Assembly: GCA_963675665.1 (NCBI GenBank)
Contig: OY776510.1
Location: 4,384,001 to 4,448,000, forward strand
Origin: Spirochaetia bacterium
GTDB taxonomy: Bacteria; Spirochaetota; Spirochaetia; UBA9216
DNA: 64,000 nucleotides
Reading direction: 5' to 3'
The notes beneath the pieces were generated by a model that saw only the letters and a list, made by a program, of their open reading frames with translations, was not told where the DNA came from and did no database searches. Below, in pieces: positions 1 to 10,446 of this stretch (position 1 is its first letter; every line of letters begins with the position of its first letter). Position numbers and translations under genes: made by a program.

Positions 1-1072
1 AAGAATTTCGGTTTTAATTCTTGCAGCAGCAATAATTATAATTCAGCTGCTGACTTTTATCACTGATACATCCTATCTTCTGACACAGCTGACTATGTCG
101 GCGTGGTATGTTCTTGCGGCTGTAGGACTGTGCATGGTAATGGGTTACGCGGGACAAATCTCTCTGGGACAGGCAGGTTTTTTCGCTATCGGCGGATATA
201 CAACAGCCGTCCTTTCAACAATAGACTTTACCGGAAAAACATTGTCAGGCGCCGGGGCGCTTCTCAAGAGCCTGCATCTGCTGATTACAAAAGAAACACT
301 TTATGGAGATACCGTAACCTACCTCAATCCCTGGATTGCGCTTGCCGCAACCGTGATAATTGCCGCTGCCGCTGCGCTCATACTCGGCATCCCGGTGCTT
401 AAGCTGAAAGGACATTACCTGGCAATGGCCACAATGGGCTTCGGAATAATCATCCACCGTATAGTACTCGGTACCGGGGCATTCGGAGAGGCTGACGGCA
501 TATCAAATGTTCCGCCTTTCCGGCTGCTTCCGTTTTTTGAAGTATGCGGCGACTTTTCAACACGGGTCGGAAACTACTATTTTGCCTGGGTGATTGTTAT
601 TGCAGCCATGCTGCTTCTGATTAATCTGGTTAATTCACGCACGGGCCGGGCACTGCGTGCCCTTCACGGAAGCGAAGATGCAGCCGAAGCCATGGGTGTG
701 GACACAACCCGCAGCAAGGTAATCGTATTCATGATCGGCGCCGTATTCGCTGCAGTTGCAGGTTTTTTTATGACCCATTATAACGGCGGTATCGGACCGT
801 CCGAAGCAGGCGTTGTAAAATCGGTACGCTACCTGTCTATTGTCGCAGTGGGCGGAATGGCAAACATCTGGGGCACTCTTATTATGGGAATGCTGCTGAA
901 CTTTCTGTCGCTCAGAGGCGTTTTCGGCCATTTTGACGATGCCGTTTTTGGAATTATTCTTGTTCTTATTATGATGTTCATGCCGGACGGGTTTATAAGG
1001 AAAGCCGTCTGGTACAGCATTAAGGAATTCGTTACCCGAAAGTTTCTTCGAAAAGGGAGATCCGTCCGATGA
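1..1072 (+). CDS. livM: Branched-chain amino acid ABC transporter permease (LivM-like), 5'-truncated by the window
   Basis: Frame is open from the window start. Motifs GYAGQISLGQAGFFAIGGY, LKGHYLAMAT, GRALRA..AAEAMGVD; hydrophobic; followed by two ABC ATPases. Confidence 0.88.
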   Translation, partial: RISVLILAAAIIIIQLLTFITDTSYLLTQLTMSAWYVLAAVGLCMVMGYAGQISLGQAGFFAIGGYTTAVLSTIDFTGKTLSGAGALLKSLHLLITKETLYGDTVTYLNPWIALAATVIIAAAAALILGIPVLKLKGHYLAMATMGFGIIIHRIVLGTGAFGEADGISNVPPFRLLPFFEVCGDFSTRVGNYYFAWVIVIAAMLLLINLVNSRTGRALRALHGSEDAAEAMGVDTTRSKVIVFMIGAVFAAVAGFFMTHYNGGIGPSEAGVVKSVRYLSIVAVGGMANIWGTLIMGMLLNFLSLRGVFGHFDDAVFGIILVLIMMFMPDGFIRKAVWYSIKEFVTRKFLRKGRSVR

Positions 1073-1836
1073 AACCAGTTATGAGCATAAACGGACTCGA
1101 TAAACGTTTCGGGGGGCTGCATGCAGTTAACTCTGTATCTTTCGATGTCAAACCGGGAACAATCAAGTCGGTAATCGGTCCGAACGGGGCCGGAAAAACT
1201 ACCCTTTTTAACATGATAGCCGGGTTCTTTCCGCCCAGTTGCGGCAGTGTACATTTTAACGGCAAACTTATAACCGGTATGAGACCTTACATGATTGCGC
1301 GCCAGGGTCTGCTTCGTACTTTTCAGAACCTTAAAGTCTGCGGAAACCTTAGCGTACTCGACAATGTTCTGATTGGCTTTCATACAAAAGGAAAAGCCGG
1401 CTTTACAGCCGGCATGCTTTCAACCCGCAAAAGCAGGACTGAAGAAAAACAGGCCCTTGAAACTGTACTGCCCCTGCTGGAATGGCTCGGGATAGCCGAA
1501 AAAAGAGAAACACCGGTAAACAGTCTTTCTTTCGGTGAACAGCGTTCTGTTGAACTTGCACGTGCTCTTGCCTCAGATCCTGCGATGCTTCTTCTTGATG
1601 AACCTGCAGCCGGGCTGAATATGCATGAAACCGAACAGCTTTCACGCAATATCAGCGAGCTTCGAACTCAGGGGCGTACAATTCTGCTCGTAGAACACGA
1701 TATGAGTCTTGTCATGGATATCTCGGACGAAATAGTCGTTCTCAATTTCGGCGAAAAAATAGCCGAAGGTAAACCATCCGATATTCAGAATAACGAAGAA
1801 GTGATCAGGATATACCTCGGGGGCAATGATGCTTAA
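1069..1836 (+). CDS. livG: Branched-chain amino acid ABC ATPase (LivG-like)
   Basis: Walker A GPNGAGKTT, signature LSFGEQR, Walker B LLLDEPAAG, C-terminal V..IYLG. Confidence 0.9.
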   Translation: MKPVMSINGLDKRFGGLHAVNSVSFDVKPGTIKSVIGPNGAGKTTLFNMIAGFFPPSCGSVHFNGKLITGMRPYMIARQGLLRTFQNLKVCGNLSVLDNVLIGFHTKGKAGFTAGMLSTRKSRTEEKQALETVLPLLEWLGIAEKRETPVNSLSFGEQRSVELARALASDPAMLLLDEPAAGLNMHETEQLSRNISELRTQGRTILLVEHDMSLVMDISDEIVVLNFGEKIAEGKPSDIQNNEEVIRIYLGGNDA

Positions 1837-2563
1837 GATAAGAAATCTTGAATCGGGATATGACAAACTGAAAGTCCTTAAGGGCGTAAGCCTGCATGTA
1901 AACGCCGGCGAGATAGTTACCATTATCGGAGCAAACGGAGCAGGAAAATCAACCCTGTTGAACACAATTGCCTCGATAGTCGCCCCGATTTCCGGTGAGA
2001 TAATACTTAAAGACAAAAATGTTGAAAATAAACAAGCCGATTTTATGGTTAAAAACGGGTGCGTACTTGTTCCTGAAGGAAGGCAGCTATACCCTGCAAT
2101 GACTGTAAAAGAAAACCTTATCCTGGGCGCATACACAATCTGCTCAGGCCGGAATCGAAAGGTTGCGGAAGACCACCTGGAAGAAATCTATTCGATGTTT
2201 CCTGTTCTCGGCGATCGGAAAAATCAGCTTGCAGGAACACTTTCGGGAGGAGAACAGCAGATGGCCGCAATAGGACGCGCGCTTATGTCGGGCCCTGAAC
2301 TTTTAATGATGGACGAACCGTCAATGGGCCTTGCACCCATAATAGTGCGCAATATCTTTAAAACAGTGGATAAACTCCGGTCTCAGGGAAAGACTATTCT
2401 TATAGTGGAACAAAATGCAAGGGCAGTGCTGGAAATTGCAGACCGGGGATATGTTATGGAAACGGGAACGCTTGTAATTGAAGGAAAAGCTGAAGAGCTG
2501 CTTGATAACAACGACGTCAAGAGGGCCTATCTTGGGCGGGATTATAAAGAGTTTACGGATTAA
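1826..2563 (+). CDS. livF: Branched-chain amino acid ABC ATPase (LivF-like)
   Basis: GANGAGKST, VPEGRQ, LSGGEQQM, MDEPSMGLAP, V.RAYLG. Confidence 0.9.
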   Translation: MMLKIRNLESGYDKLKVLKGVSLHVNAGEIVTIIGANGAGKSTLLNTIASIVAPISGEIILKDKNVENKQADFMVKNGCVLVPEGRQLYPAMTVKENLILGAYTICSGRNRKVAEDHLEEIYSMFPVLGDRKNQLAGTLSGGEQQMAAIGRALMSGPELLMMDEPSMGLAPIIVRNIFKTVDKLRSQGKTILIVEQNARAVLEIADRGYVMETGTLVIEGKAEELLDNNDVKRAYLGRDYKEFTD

Positions 2564-2577
2564 ACCAGGAGGAAAAT

Positions 2578-3888
2578 GTGATTTATTCAAGAGAATATGA
2601 AACAATGCTCAGAGAAGATCTTGAACAGCTTCAATTTGAGCGTTTACAGATGACATTAAACCAGGTTTACCGGAATGTCTCTTTTTTTAAAAATTTATTT
2701 GATGAAAAACAAATCGAGACAACCGATCTTAAATCTCTAAAAGATCTTGCCAACCTGCCGCTGATGAGCAAAGATGATCTGCGGCAAAGTTATCCGTATG
2801 AAGCTTTTGCTGTTCCGCTTCGTGATATAGTCAGAATCCACTCCACTTCCGGGACATCCGGAACTCCGATCGTTGTGGGATACACCAAAAACGATTTGAA
2901 TATCTGGTCATCTCTGGTTGCCAGGGTTCTTACCTCTGTAGGAATAGACAGCCATTCGCTTGTACAGATTGCGTTTGATTATTCGCAATCCACGGGTGGC
3001 CTCGGGTTTCATTACGGTGCCGAGAAGCTGGGCGCTTCCGTAATTCCGGCCTCCGGAGAAGAAGTGCTCAAGCAGATCAGAATAATGAAGGATTACCGCT
3101 CATCAGCGCTTATATCGACGCCGGGCTACGCTCTTCATATAGCATCAACCCTTGAAGAACTGGGTATGGATCCCCAGGAGCTGAATCTATCTATCGGGTT
3201 GTTCGGAGCCGAGCCCTGGAGCGAAAAAGTAAGAGCAGAAATTGAGACAAGGCTCAAGATTAAGGCATATGATAATTACGGGCTCAGCGAGATTATCGGT
3301 CCGGGGGTTGCTTACGAATGTGAACACCGCTGCGGCATGCATGTCAATGAAGATCATTTCATCGTCGAGGTTATTGATCCCGAAACGCTTCAGGTTCTTC
3401 CCGAAGGTGAAGAAGGTGAGCTTGTTTTTACAACGATAACAAAGCAGGCTTTTCCGCTTATCCGGTACCGGACAGGCGATATTTCCAGGATTATTTCCGC
3501 ACAGTGCGAATGCGGCAGAACCTTCAGACGCATGGAACGTGTCTCCGGCAGAATTGACGACATGATTATCATCGACGGCAATAATATTTTTCCGTCAATG
3601 ATCGAATCTCTTCTTTTTGAAATTGAAGGCGTGGAGCCCCATTTTCAGATTGTTCTAACCCGCAATATGGGCCTGACAGCAATTGAACTTAAAGTGGAAG
3701 TCACCCCTGATTTCTTTTCTTTCGATGAAATAAAAAAAGCGGAAAATTTCAGAAAAAAAATTAATAATCAGCTGTCGACAAGGCTCGGAGTCCATGCGAA
3801 AATAACACTCGTTGAACCTAAAAGTATTGAACGTACCAGAGGCGGTAAAATAAACCGTGTCATTGATATGAGAGAGGGCGGGTTTTGA
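2578..3888 (+). CDS. paaK: Phenylacetate--CoA ligase family protein
   Basis: RIHSTSGTSGTP, FGAEPWS, YGLSEIIGPGVA, PLIRYRTGD, GRIDDM; RBS AGGAGG before a GTG start. Confidence 0.85.
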   Translation: MIYSREYETMLREDLEQLQFERLQMTLNQVYRNVSFFKNLFDEKQIETTDLKSLKDLANLPLMSKDDLRQSYPYEAFAVPLRDIVRIHSTSGTSGTPIVVGYTKNDLNIWSSLVARVLTSVGIDSHSLVQIAFDYSQSTGGLGFHYGAEKLGASVIPASGEEVLKQIRIMKDYRSSALISTPGYALHIASTLEELGMDPQELNLSIGLFGAEPWSEKVRAEIETRLKIKAYDNYGLSEIIGPGVAYECEHRCGMHVNEDHFIVEVIDPETLQVLPEGEEGELVFTTITKQAFPLIRYRTGDISRIISAQCECGRTFRRMERVSGRIDDMIIIDGNNIFPSMIESLLFEIEGVEPHFQIVLTRNMGLTAIELKVEVTPDFFSFDEIKKAENFRKKINNQLSTRLGVHAKITLVEPKSIERTRGGKINRVIDMREGGF

Positions 3889-4502
3889 AATCGACATTCG
3901 ACAATCTTTCTGAAAATAAAAAACAGAGAGTTATTGACGCATGCATAAAGGAATTCGGCGAATTCGGTTACGCTGCAAGCTCGATGGACGGAATAATCAA
4001 AAGAGCGGGCATATCCAAGGGCGGCCTGTACGGTTATGTTTCATCAAAACGTGAATTGTTTCTTTACATTGTTGATTATGCGTATTCCGGGTTATATAAA
4101 TATCTTAAAGACCAGATAGATGCGGACAAGGAAGCTCTTCAGCCCGATTTGCTTGAAAGGTTGAAATATGTATCTGAAAATGCAATAGACTTTTATATAG
4201 ACCACACCGAATTTATTTATCTTATCGTACGAACCTCCAATATTCCCGATGAAAGTCTCGCAAAAGAGATCAAAAATATTTTTAATAAAAACTTCATCGG
4301 ATTATTCGGCGATACCGACGATACAAAACTCTGCTACCCAAAGCAGCAAGTTCTTGAACTGGCTATGTGGCTGCTCCAGAAAACACGTCTCGATTTCCTC
4401 AGTGAAATTAAACTGGAAAAGGATCCATCCGTTATCAAGCGGGATTATATGCTCAACTGGGATTTCTACCTGGGAATCATGCGATCCGGAATCTACACTT
4501 AA
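3885..4502 (+). CDS. TetR/AcrR family transcriptional regulator
   Basis: N-terminal HTH EFGEFGYAASSMDGIIKRAGISKGGLYGY; overlaps the paaK stop. Confidence 0.85.
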   Translation: MKSTFDNLSENKKQRVIDACIKEFGEFGYAASSMDGIIKRAGISKGGLYGYVSSKRELFLYIVDYAYSGLYKYLKDQIDADKEALQPDLLERLKYVSENAIDFYIDHTEFIYLIVRTSNIPDESLAKEIKNIFNKNFIGLFGDTDDTKLCYPKQQVLELAMWLLQKTRLDFLSEIKLEKDPSVIKRDYMLNWDFYLGIMRSGIYT

Positions 4503-4517
4503 ACTGTTCCATCCTTA

Positions 4518-5798
4518 TCATTTGAATTTATCCGCCTCGGTAATAATCATCGGGGATTCCTTCAAACGCAGAACCAGGACCAGTGCCGCAACCGCCAGAA
4601 CAGCAAATACAGTCATAAAACCGTTCAGCCATGCATTATCATGAACACTCATCCCGGCCACAAACAGCAAACCCGATATCTGGCCGGCAAAAAGAAGAAT
4701 TCCCTGTGATGTAGATTCGGGGGCCGGAAAACTGACTTCAGCGGCATACTGAAAACCAATCGGGCCTGCGCTCATTACAAAAAATCCCAGGATAAATGAC
4801 GCGGCAAGCGCTATGCCGTAAACCTGAGAGGCATCGGACGATAACATATCGGCAAAAGACAAACCCAAAACCCCCGGAAGCATTCCGGCCATACACAGCA
4901 CCAGGAAAAACTTCCGCTTCCTGAATTTATCCGACAGAATCGGAAGCACCAGAGCGCCAAGTACACCGCCGCCGAGCATAAGGACCCCAATCAGGCCGTC
5001 CGAATCCTCAACCCCGAGAGACGCCGATATCGAATCGACCATGGAACTTACTGCATTGAAGATTCCGAGACCTATGAAAAACAGAATTATGGTCAGAACC
5101 ATGTCTTTCTGCTTAATAATATGCCTGAGTCCGTCAAAAAACATCTTATGCTGCAGTTCCTCGTTCGAAGGCGGCGTCGGCGGTTTTTCGCGGATAAGGA
5201 CCAGTGCCAGAACGGCGCCGGCTGCGCTGATTATACCGTAGATTAAAAGCATCCGATCAATTCCGGTTCCGTATCCCGGTTCGCCCGGCGAAGAAACAAC
5301 CAGCAGCGGAGTCACAGCCATTACAATAATAATTCCGATATATTGGGCCAGGGCAGACAGGCCGGCGGCAGTCCCGCGTTCGCGCAGCGGAAACCAGCGG
5401 ACGGTAACCGCCGTAACAGCATTAAGAATAAACGGCTGCGCTACTGCAAGACCAGCCTGGGCGGCCAAAACAATCCTGAAATCAGCGCCGCCTATACCTT
5501 TCATCAGGCTGAATACTGCAGTCAGCACCGATCCGATGCCAAGACCGGTTCGTATACCGTAGGTATCGATAATATATGACGCCGGAATACAGACTACAAG
5601 AAAAACAAGCATATAAAGCATCGAAAGAAAATCAATGTTGATTATCGAATCCGGGTTAAACTGCCCTTCATAAAACACCTCGGCAGCCCTGGCTACGGGA
5701 GCATGGGTCAGCCATTGAACTTCTATGAGCACCGTTACCAGCATAAAAGCGGCAAGAACTACCCAGCGGTAGGGATAAACTCTGTAACCTTCTTCCAT
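4518..5798 (-). CDS. MFS transporter
   Basis: About 12 hydrophobic segments; Y..RW start, WFPLRERGTA, AAEVSFPAPES. Confidence 0.85.
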   Translation of the reverse strand: MEEGYRVYPYRWVVLAAFMLVTVLIEVQWLTHAPVARAAEVFYEGQFNPDSIINIDFLSMLYMLVFLVVCIPASYIIDTYGIRTGLGIGSVLTAVFSLMKGIGGADFRIVLAAQAGLAVAQPFILNAVTAVTVRWFPLRERGTAAGLSALAQYIGIIIVMAVTPLLVVSSPGEPGYGTGIDRMLLIYGIISAAGAVLALVLIREKPPTPPSNEELQHKMFFDGLRHIIKQKDMVLTIILFFIGLGIFNAVSSMVDSISASLGVEDSDGLIGVLMLGGGVLGALVLPILSDKFRKRKFFLVLCMAGMLPGVLGLSFADMLSSDASQVYGIALAASFILGFFVMSAGPIGFQYAAEVSFPAPESTSQGILLFAGQISGLLFVAGMSVHDNAWLNGFMTVFAVLAVAALVLVLRLKESPMIITEADKFK

Positions 5799-5809
5799 CC
5801 TGTTCTCCT

Positions 5810-7438
5810 TCAGCCGTTAAGCTCAGTAAAGAATTTCCTGTTTGCGTTATAAAGATTTTTGAATACCCGGTAATTACGTTCATAAACAACGGAGTACTTT
5901 TCATCCGGATGATAAACCCGCTCTATCTCAATAAGGGATTGAATATCATCAAATCCGCCCGTATTGCCAAGGCCTACGGCTGCAACGGCAGCTGCGCCCA
6001 ACGCACCGGAGTTTTGAGGTTCTTTGGGAACTTCTATCGTTCTGCCGAGGATATCAGCCAGAATCTGCGCATTTGTTTCCGACTGTGCGCCTCCGCCGAC
6101 AAAACGTATGGTCTCATTGCACGCAAACCTTGATTCAATGCTTTCCAGCATCCACCGGAGATTGAAACCGAGACCCTCTACTACCGCGCGGATAAGTTTT
6201 CTCTTGCCGGTGTTAAGGCCGATATTAAAAAACATCCCGCGGGCGTACGGATCCTCAAACGGCGAACGGCTTCCGTGAAGCCATGGTGTAAACAGCAAAC
6301 CTCCGCAGCCCGGTTCTGTTTCTGATACCACCTCGGAAAGCATCTTGAAAAGAGATTCATGCACCGATTCCTGATCATCAGCAGTCCGGGTCTCTTTTAA
6401 ATACAAACCTATTTCATCAAGAGCAAGATGCCGTGCAACCCAATCCATACACTTCCCTGCTGTCTCCTGTTCACAAAAATAATGATATTTTTCGGGAACC
6501 GCGCAGGTGATGGAGGCGATCATGTGTTTCAAATCAAGTCTGCGGCTTTCGGTGACTGCTGAAACCCAGCCGGAGGTTCCCATATAGATATGTATGTCGC
6601 GGTTATTAACGGCGCCTGCACCTATTCCGATAAGCGAAGCGTCTCCCCCGCCGCCGAAAACGGGGATATTTGCGGGAAGACCAAGTTCTGAAGCGGCCCG
6701 GGGAAGCAGTTCTCCGGCGCAATCAGTCGAATCAATTATTTCGGGGAGATGGCAGTGGTCCATACCGTACAGCCTGCATAATTCCCTGCTCCAGCAGCCC
6801 CTGCCGGGCCTGTTGTCATACATAAAAGTAGCCCCGGCGCTGTCGCGGGTCATAACCGCCCTTCCGGTCAGCTGCATTATCAGGTATTCTTTCACATCAA
6901 GATATTTATAAACCTTTCTGAAAATCTCGGGTTCATTTTCCCTGACCCAGTGATATTTCCAGAGCGGGTCCTTAACGCTGGTAGGAGCTATCCCGGTGAT
7001 GTGAATGGATCTGATTAATTTGAATAACGGCAGCCCGGCAACCTTTAACCCGGGTAACGGTAAACGCTTAAAACGGCTGCCGGCATTATTCCTCTGGGCT
7101 CCGGCCCTTCCGTCCAGATAGCTCATCGCCGGCCTGAGCGCTTTTCCGGATTCATCAACCAGCACAAGCCCCTGCATCTGGGAGCAGAACGAGATTCCCG
7201 CAACATTTTCAGCATTTATATCGCCATTACAGAATATTTTGCGGGTGGTCGAGACCATTGCATCATACCACTGCTGCGGGTCCTGTTCGGCAGCACCGCC
7301 TTCAGAGATTTGCAGATCATATTCTTCCGAGGAGCTTGCTTCAAGTTTCAGCTTGTTCCCCAGACTGTAGACACACGTTTTTAACGATGTTGTTCCTATA
7401 TCATATGCAAGAAGCAGCTTCGTTTTTTTTGCCGTCAT
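5810..7438 (-). CDS. FGGY-family carbohydrate kinase (xylulokinase-like)
   Basis: YDIGTTSLK, AEQDPQQW, SQMQGLVLVD, GGGD, MGTSGW, GGGAQS. Confidence 0.88.
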   Translation of the reverse strand: MTAKKTKLLLAYDIGTTSLKTCVYSLGNKLKLEASSSEEYDLQISEGGAAEQDPQQWYDAMVSTTRKIFCNGDINAENVAGISFCSQMQGLVLVDESGKALRPAMSYLDGRAGAQRNNAGSRFKRLPLPGLKVAGLPLFKLIRSIHITGIAPTSVKDPLWKYHWVRENEPEIFRKVYKYLDVKEYLIMQLTGRAVMTRDSAGATFMYDNRPGRGCWSRELCRLYGMDHCHLPEIIDSTDCAGELLPRAASELGLPANIPVFGGGGDASLIGIGAGAVNNRDIHIYMGTSGWVSAVTESRRLDLKHMIASITCAVPEKYHYFCEQETAGKCMDWVARHLALDEIGLYLKETRTADDQESVHESLFKMLSEVVSETEPGCGGLLFTPWLHGSRSPFEDPYARGMFFNIGLNTGKRKLIRAVVEGLGFNLRWMLESIESRFACNETIRFVGGGAQSETNAQILADILGRTIEVPKEPQNSGALGAAAVAAVGLGNTGGFDDIQSLIEIERVYHPDEKYSVVYERNYRVFKNLYNANRKFFTELNG

Positions 7439-8103
7439 CTGCTCAGCTTCTCATCAATTCGGATCCTGGAATATTTGCGCAGATACACCTGATGCATCAA
7501 CGCAGCCTCAAATCTATTAATTTTTTTTGCCCCGCCGAGGAATTCCGCCTCTATAAATGCCTTACAGCCTTTTTCAAGGACCTCACAGCATACAAAAACT
7601 TCTTCAATATCCCGGCCCACACAGATAGCGCCATGATTTGCCATAAGGGCAGCGTTTCTGCCCCGTAAAGCCTTTAACGTTGTTTTTACAATCTTTTTTG
7701 TCCCCGGCAGGGCATAATCAGCACATCTGACGGTAGGTCCGATAATTTGCGCAAGATCATCCAGGACGGGAGGGACCTCCCTGCGGGCGGCTGCGACTAC
7801 CGAAGCATTGGTACTGTGTGTATGCACAACAGCATTTATTTCCCTGCGCGACTGATAAACAGCAGCGTGCAGATTTTTTTCGCTTGACGGTTTTTTCCCG
7901 TCCCAGGTGCCGTCAATAATATTTACGATAGTAATGTCGTCGCAAGTCAGGCTGATATATTCACCTCCGGACGGAGTTATAGCCATATAGTTATCATCAA
8001 TTCTTACGCTGATATTACCCCAGGTACCGGCAGTCAGTCCTGCATCGACAAGCCTCAGTCCCGCGTCCCTGACCTTTTTTCTGGCTTCATCCCTGGTCAT
8101 CAC
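7435..8103 (-). CDS. Class II aldolase/adducin family (FucA-like)
   Basis: GTWGNISVR, PSSE, Zn ligands HTHS and NHG. Confidence 0.87.
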   Translation of the reverse strand: MMTRDEARKKVRDAGLRLVDAGLTAGTWGNISVRIDDNYMAITPSGGEYISLTCDDITIVNIIDGTWDGKKPSSEKNLHAAVYQSRREINAVVHTHSTNASVVAAARREVPPVLDDLAQIIGPTVRCADYALPGTKKIVKTTLKALRGRNAALMANHGAICVGRDIEEVFVCCEVLEKGCKAFIEAEFLGGAKKINRFEAALMHQVYLRKYSRIRIDEKLSR

Positions 8104-8120
8104 CTTCTCCCTGATCTTTT

Positions 8121-9584
8121 CTATTGTACCTTAACTTTTGAAAATACCCTGTCGAAGCCTGCAAGCGCATCATCGATTATTTCATCAGTATCAGCAGCAC
8201 TTGTATAAAGCCTGCTACCGGCAAGAGTAATTATACCTTCAGCAGTATATGCCGCGCCGAAACTTTCCATTGCCTCTTTACGGGCATGCGCCTGGCGGAT
8301 TGTATCCTTAATCTTCCAGAACCTCTTGATATCGATATCAAGCAGCATTGCAGCTCCTGTTTCCAGATGACAGATTGCCCCCTGATTAAAAGCTACATAA
8401 GGCAGCCGGTATTTGCTGATGATATTCTTAAGCCCTGCCGTCAACCGGTCGGCGGCCTTTCCCGCTTTCACGCATGCATCAGTTTTTTCCATTTCACACA
8501 AAGTAAAATATCCTGCCGCCGCCGACAGCGGGTTGGCAGCCATTGTACCGCCGATAAGTGCTTTTTTGACTTTTGATCCCGCTTCAATTCCGGCGGCAAG
8601 ATATTTCATATATTCCCGCCTTCCACCAAGCCCGCCTGCAGACGGATACCCGCCTGCCACAACCTTTCCAAAAACCGTCAGATCAGGTTTGACATCAAAA
8701 TATCCCTGGGCACCGGCAAGACCTATTCTGAAGGCAGTTACTACCTCGTCGAAAATCAACAGCGCACCGTACTTGTCGCACAGCCGGCGGACTTCACTGT
8801 TAAACCCCGGAGATAAAGGCCGTGTGCCGCTTTCGGGACCAACGGGTTCTATAATTACAGCAGCCGTACCGCCGCGCAGCCGGTTCCGTTTCAGGATTCG
8901 TTCAAGGCTGACGGTATCATCAGGATAAAACTCACGGGTATATCTGAACATTTGCCGCGGAACGCCGTGAGCTTCCAGATGCATGGTCCCCGGCAACCGG
9001 ATACCGTAGGCAAGCTGATCGCTCCACCCGTGGTATGCGCCTCCCATTTTGACAATATTCTTCTTTTTTGTTGCAAGCCGGGCTACCCGTATTGCAGCCA
9101 TACATGATTCGGTACCGCTGCCGAGCATTCTGAAAAAATCAACAGAAGGTATCAGCTTTGTAATCTTTTCAGCCAGTTTGAATTCATATTCATGGAAAAG
9201 CCCGGTACATGGCCCGGTTTCATTCAGCAGCTTGATGACCTGCGTTCTGACCTCAGGAGGATTACTTCCAAGAACTGTCGGACCGCCCGCCTGCAGGAAA
9301 TCAATATACCTGTTTCCGTCCACATCCCAAAGATACGCTCCTTCGGCTTTTTCAACAGCAAGCGGAAACGGGTAATTGAAAGCGAGGTTGTGCTGAACTC
9401 CGCCGGGAATTATCTGTCTGGCTTTATCTGTCATAGCCTTCGAGCGAGAACATTTCTGTTCAAAATATTCCAGGACTTTTTCCATTTTATCTTCGGGTAT
9501 TGCAAGCAGGGTTCCCGACACAAGCTCTTTCAGCTGCTTTGTAACCTCAGCAGCATCAGGGTAACTTGAAATTGAATAGCTCAT
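8121..9584 (-). CDS. Class III PLP-dependent aminotransferase (GSA aminomutase-like fold)
   Basis: GAYLWDVDGNRYIDF, SGTE, YHGW, LIFDEVVTAFR, PDLTVFGK (PLP lysine). Confidence 0.85.
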   Translation of the reverse strand: MSYSISSYPDAAEVTKQLKELVSGTLLAIPEDKMEKVLEYFEQKCSRSKAMTDKARQIIPGGVQHNLAFNYPFPLAVEKAEGAYLWDVDGNRYIDFLQAGGPTVLGSNPPEVRTQVIKLLNETGPCTGLFHEYEFKLAEKITKLIPSVDFFRMLGSGTESCMAAIRVARLATKKKNIVKMGGAYHGWSDQLAYGIRLPGTMHLEAHGVPRQMFRYTREFYPDDTVSLERILKRNRLRGGTAAVIIEPVGPESGTRPLSPGFNSEVRRLCDKYGALLIFDEVVTAFRIGLAGAQGYFDVKPDLTVFGKVVAGGYPSAGGLGGRREYMKYLAAGIEAGSKVKKALIGGTMAANPLSAAAGYFTLCEMEKTDACVKAGKAADRLTAGLKNIISKYRLPYVAFNQGAICHLETGAAMLLDIDIKRFWKIKDTIRQAHARKEAMESFGAAYTAEGIITLAGSRLYTSAADTDEIIDDALAGFDRVFSKVKVQ

Positions 9585-9607
9585 GGGTTCCTCATATCTA
9601 AAAAAAT

Positions 9608-9662
9608 AAAAAGTGAGTACATACTCACTTTTTCAGTATACCACAGATAACAGATATGTCAA
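9608..9662 (-). promoter_or_regulatory. Sigma70 promoter plus palindromic operator (probable TetR site)
   Basis: Minus strand TTGACA-N16-TATACT (9662-9635), immediately followed by the perfect inverted repeat AAAAAGTGAGTA-N2-TACTCACTTTTT (9608-9633). Confidence 0.75.
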
Positions 9663-9689
9663 TTTAAAACCTCAGAACACCATAAATTA

Positions 9690-10334
9690 TCATGCCTGAA
9701 GAGCCCGGCGAATAAAAGCCATTGTAGTCCGCAGAACCCGCTCATCATCATCAAGGATATCCGGCGAGACGTAAACCTTCATTCTTTCCCGGTAAAACTC
9801 TGATGCGTATGAAAACTGCAACGACATAAAAAGATTGTCGATACAAAATGCAGCCATGTGATCATCAACATCAGCAGCGATTTCTCCATTCTCACGCGCC
9901 GTTCTGATTAGTTTTGAATAATACTCGGCTGATAGAGTTTCCATCTCATAAGAAAGTTTGGCTGCAAGTTCCCGGTTACCCTGTGTTGTTACCTCGTTAT
10001 ACAGATGAATCGTGTCCGGGTTATTACGTGAATGCTGCTGTATAACCTTTATTATCTGCTCAACTTTGTCAAAAAAACCGCCTTCAATTCTGTCTATATT
10101 CTCAAGCGATGCTTTCAGCGTTTTCACTGGCAGAGAACATATCATTAAAAACAGATTTTCCTTTGTTCCGAAATATTTATATAATGCGCCGACACTCACA
10201 CCGCATTTTTCAGCAATAATATTTATATTAGCCGCCCTGTATCCGAGCGACGCAAACTCTCCTGATGCTATGTTCAGTATTCTTTCCTGCTTTTCCCGTG
10301 AAAGCCGTTCAAACAGCGGTTTACAATATTTCAT
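9690..10334 (-). CDS. TetR/AcrR family transcriptional regulator
   Basis: EFASLGYRAANINIIAEKCGVSVGALYKYFGTKENLF. Confidence 0.88.
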   Translation of the reverse strand: MKYCKPLFERLSREKQERILNIASGEFASLGYRAANINIIAEKCGVSVGALYKYFGTKENLFLMICSLPVKTLKASLENIDRIEGGFFDKVEQIIKVIQQHSRNNPDTIHLYNEVTTQGNRELAAKLSYEMETLSAEYYSKLIRTARENGEIAADVDDHMAAFCIDNLFMSLQFSYASEFYRERMKVYVSPDILDDDERVLRTTMAFIRRALQA

Positions 10335-10446
10335 ATGGGAAATAATAACATAAACAAATAAAAACTGTCACCAATATAATAAATTGATTGAAAAATCCAA
10401 CAATTGTGTTACATTGTAATCAACAATCCAAAACAAAGGTGTAAAA

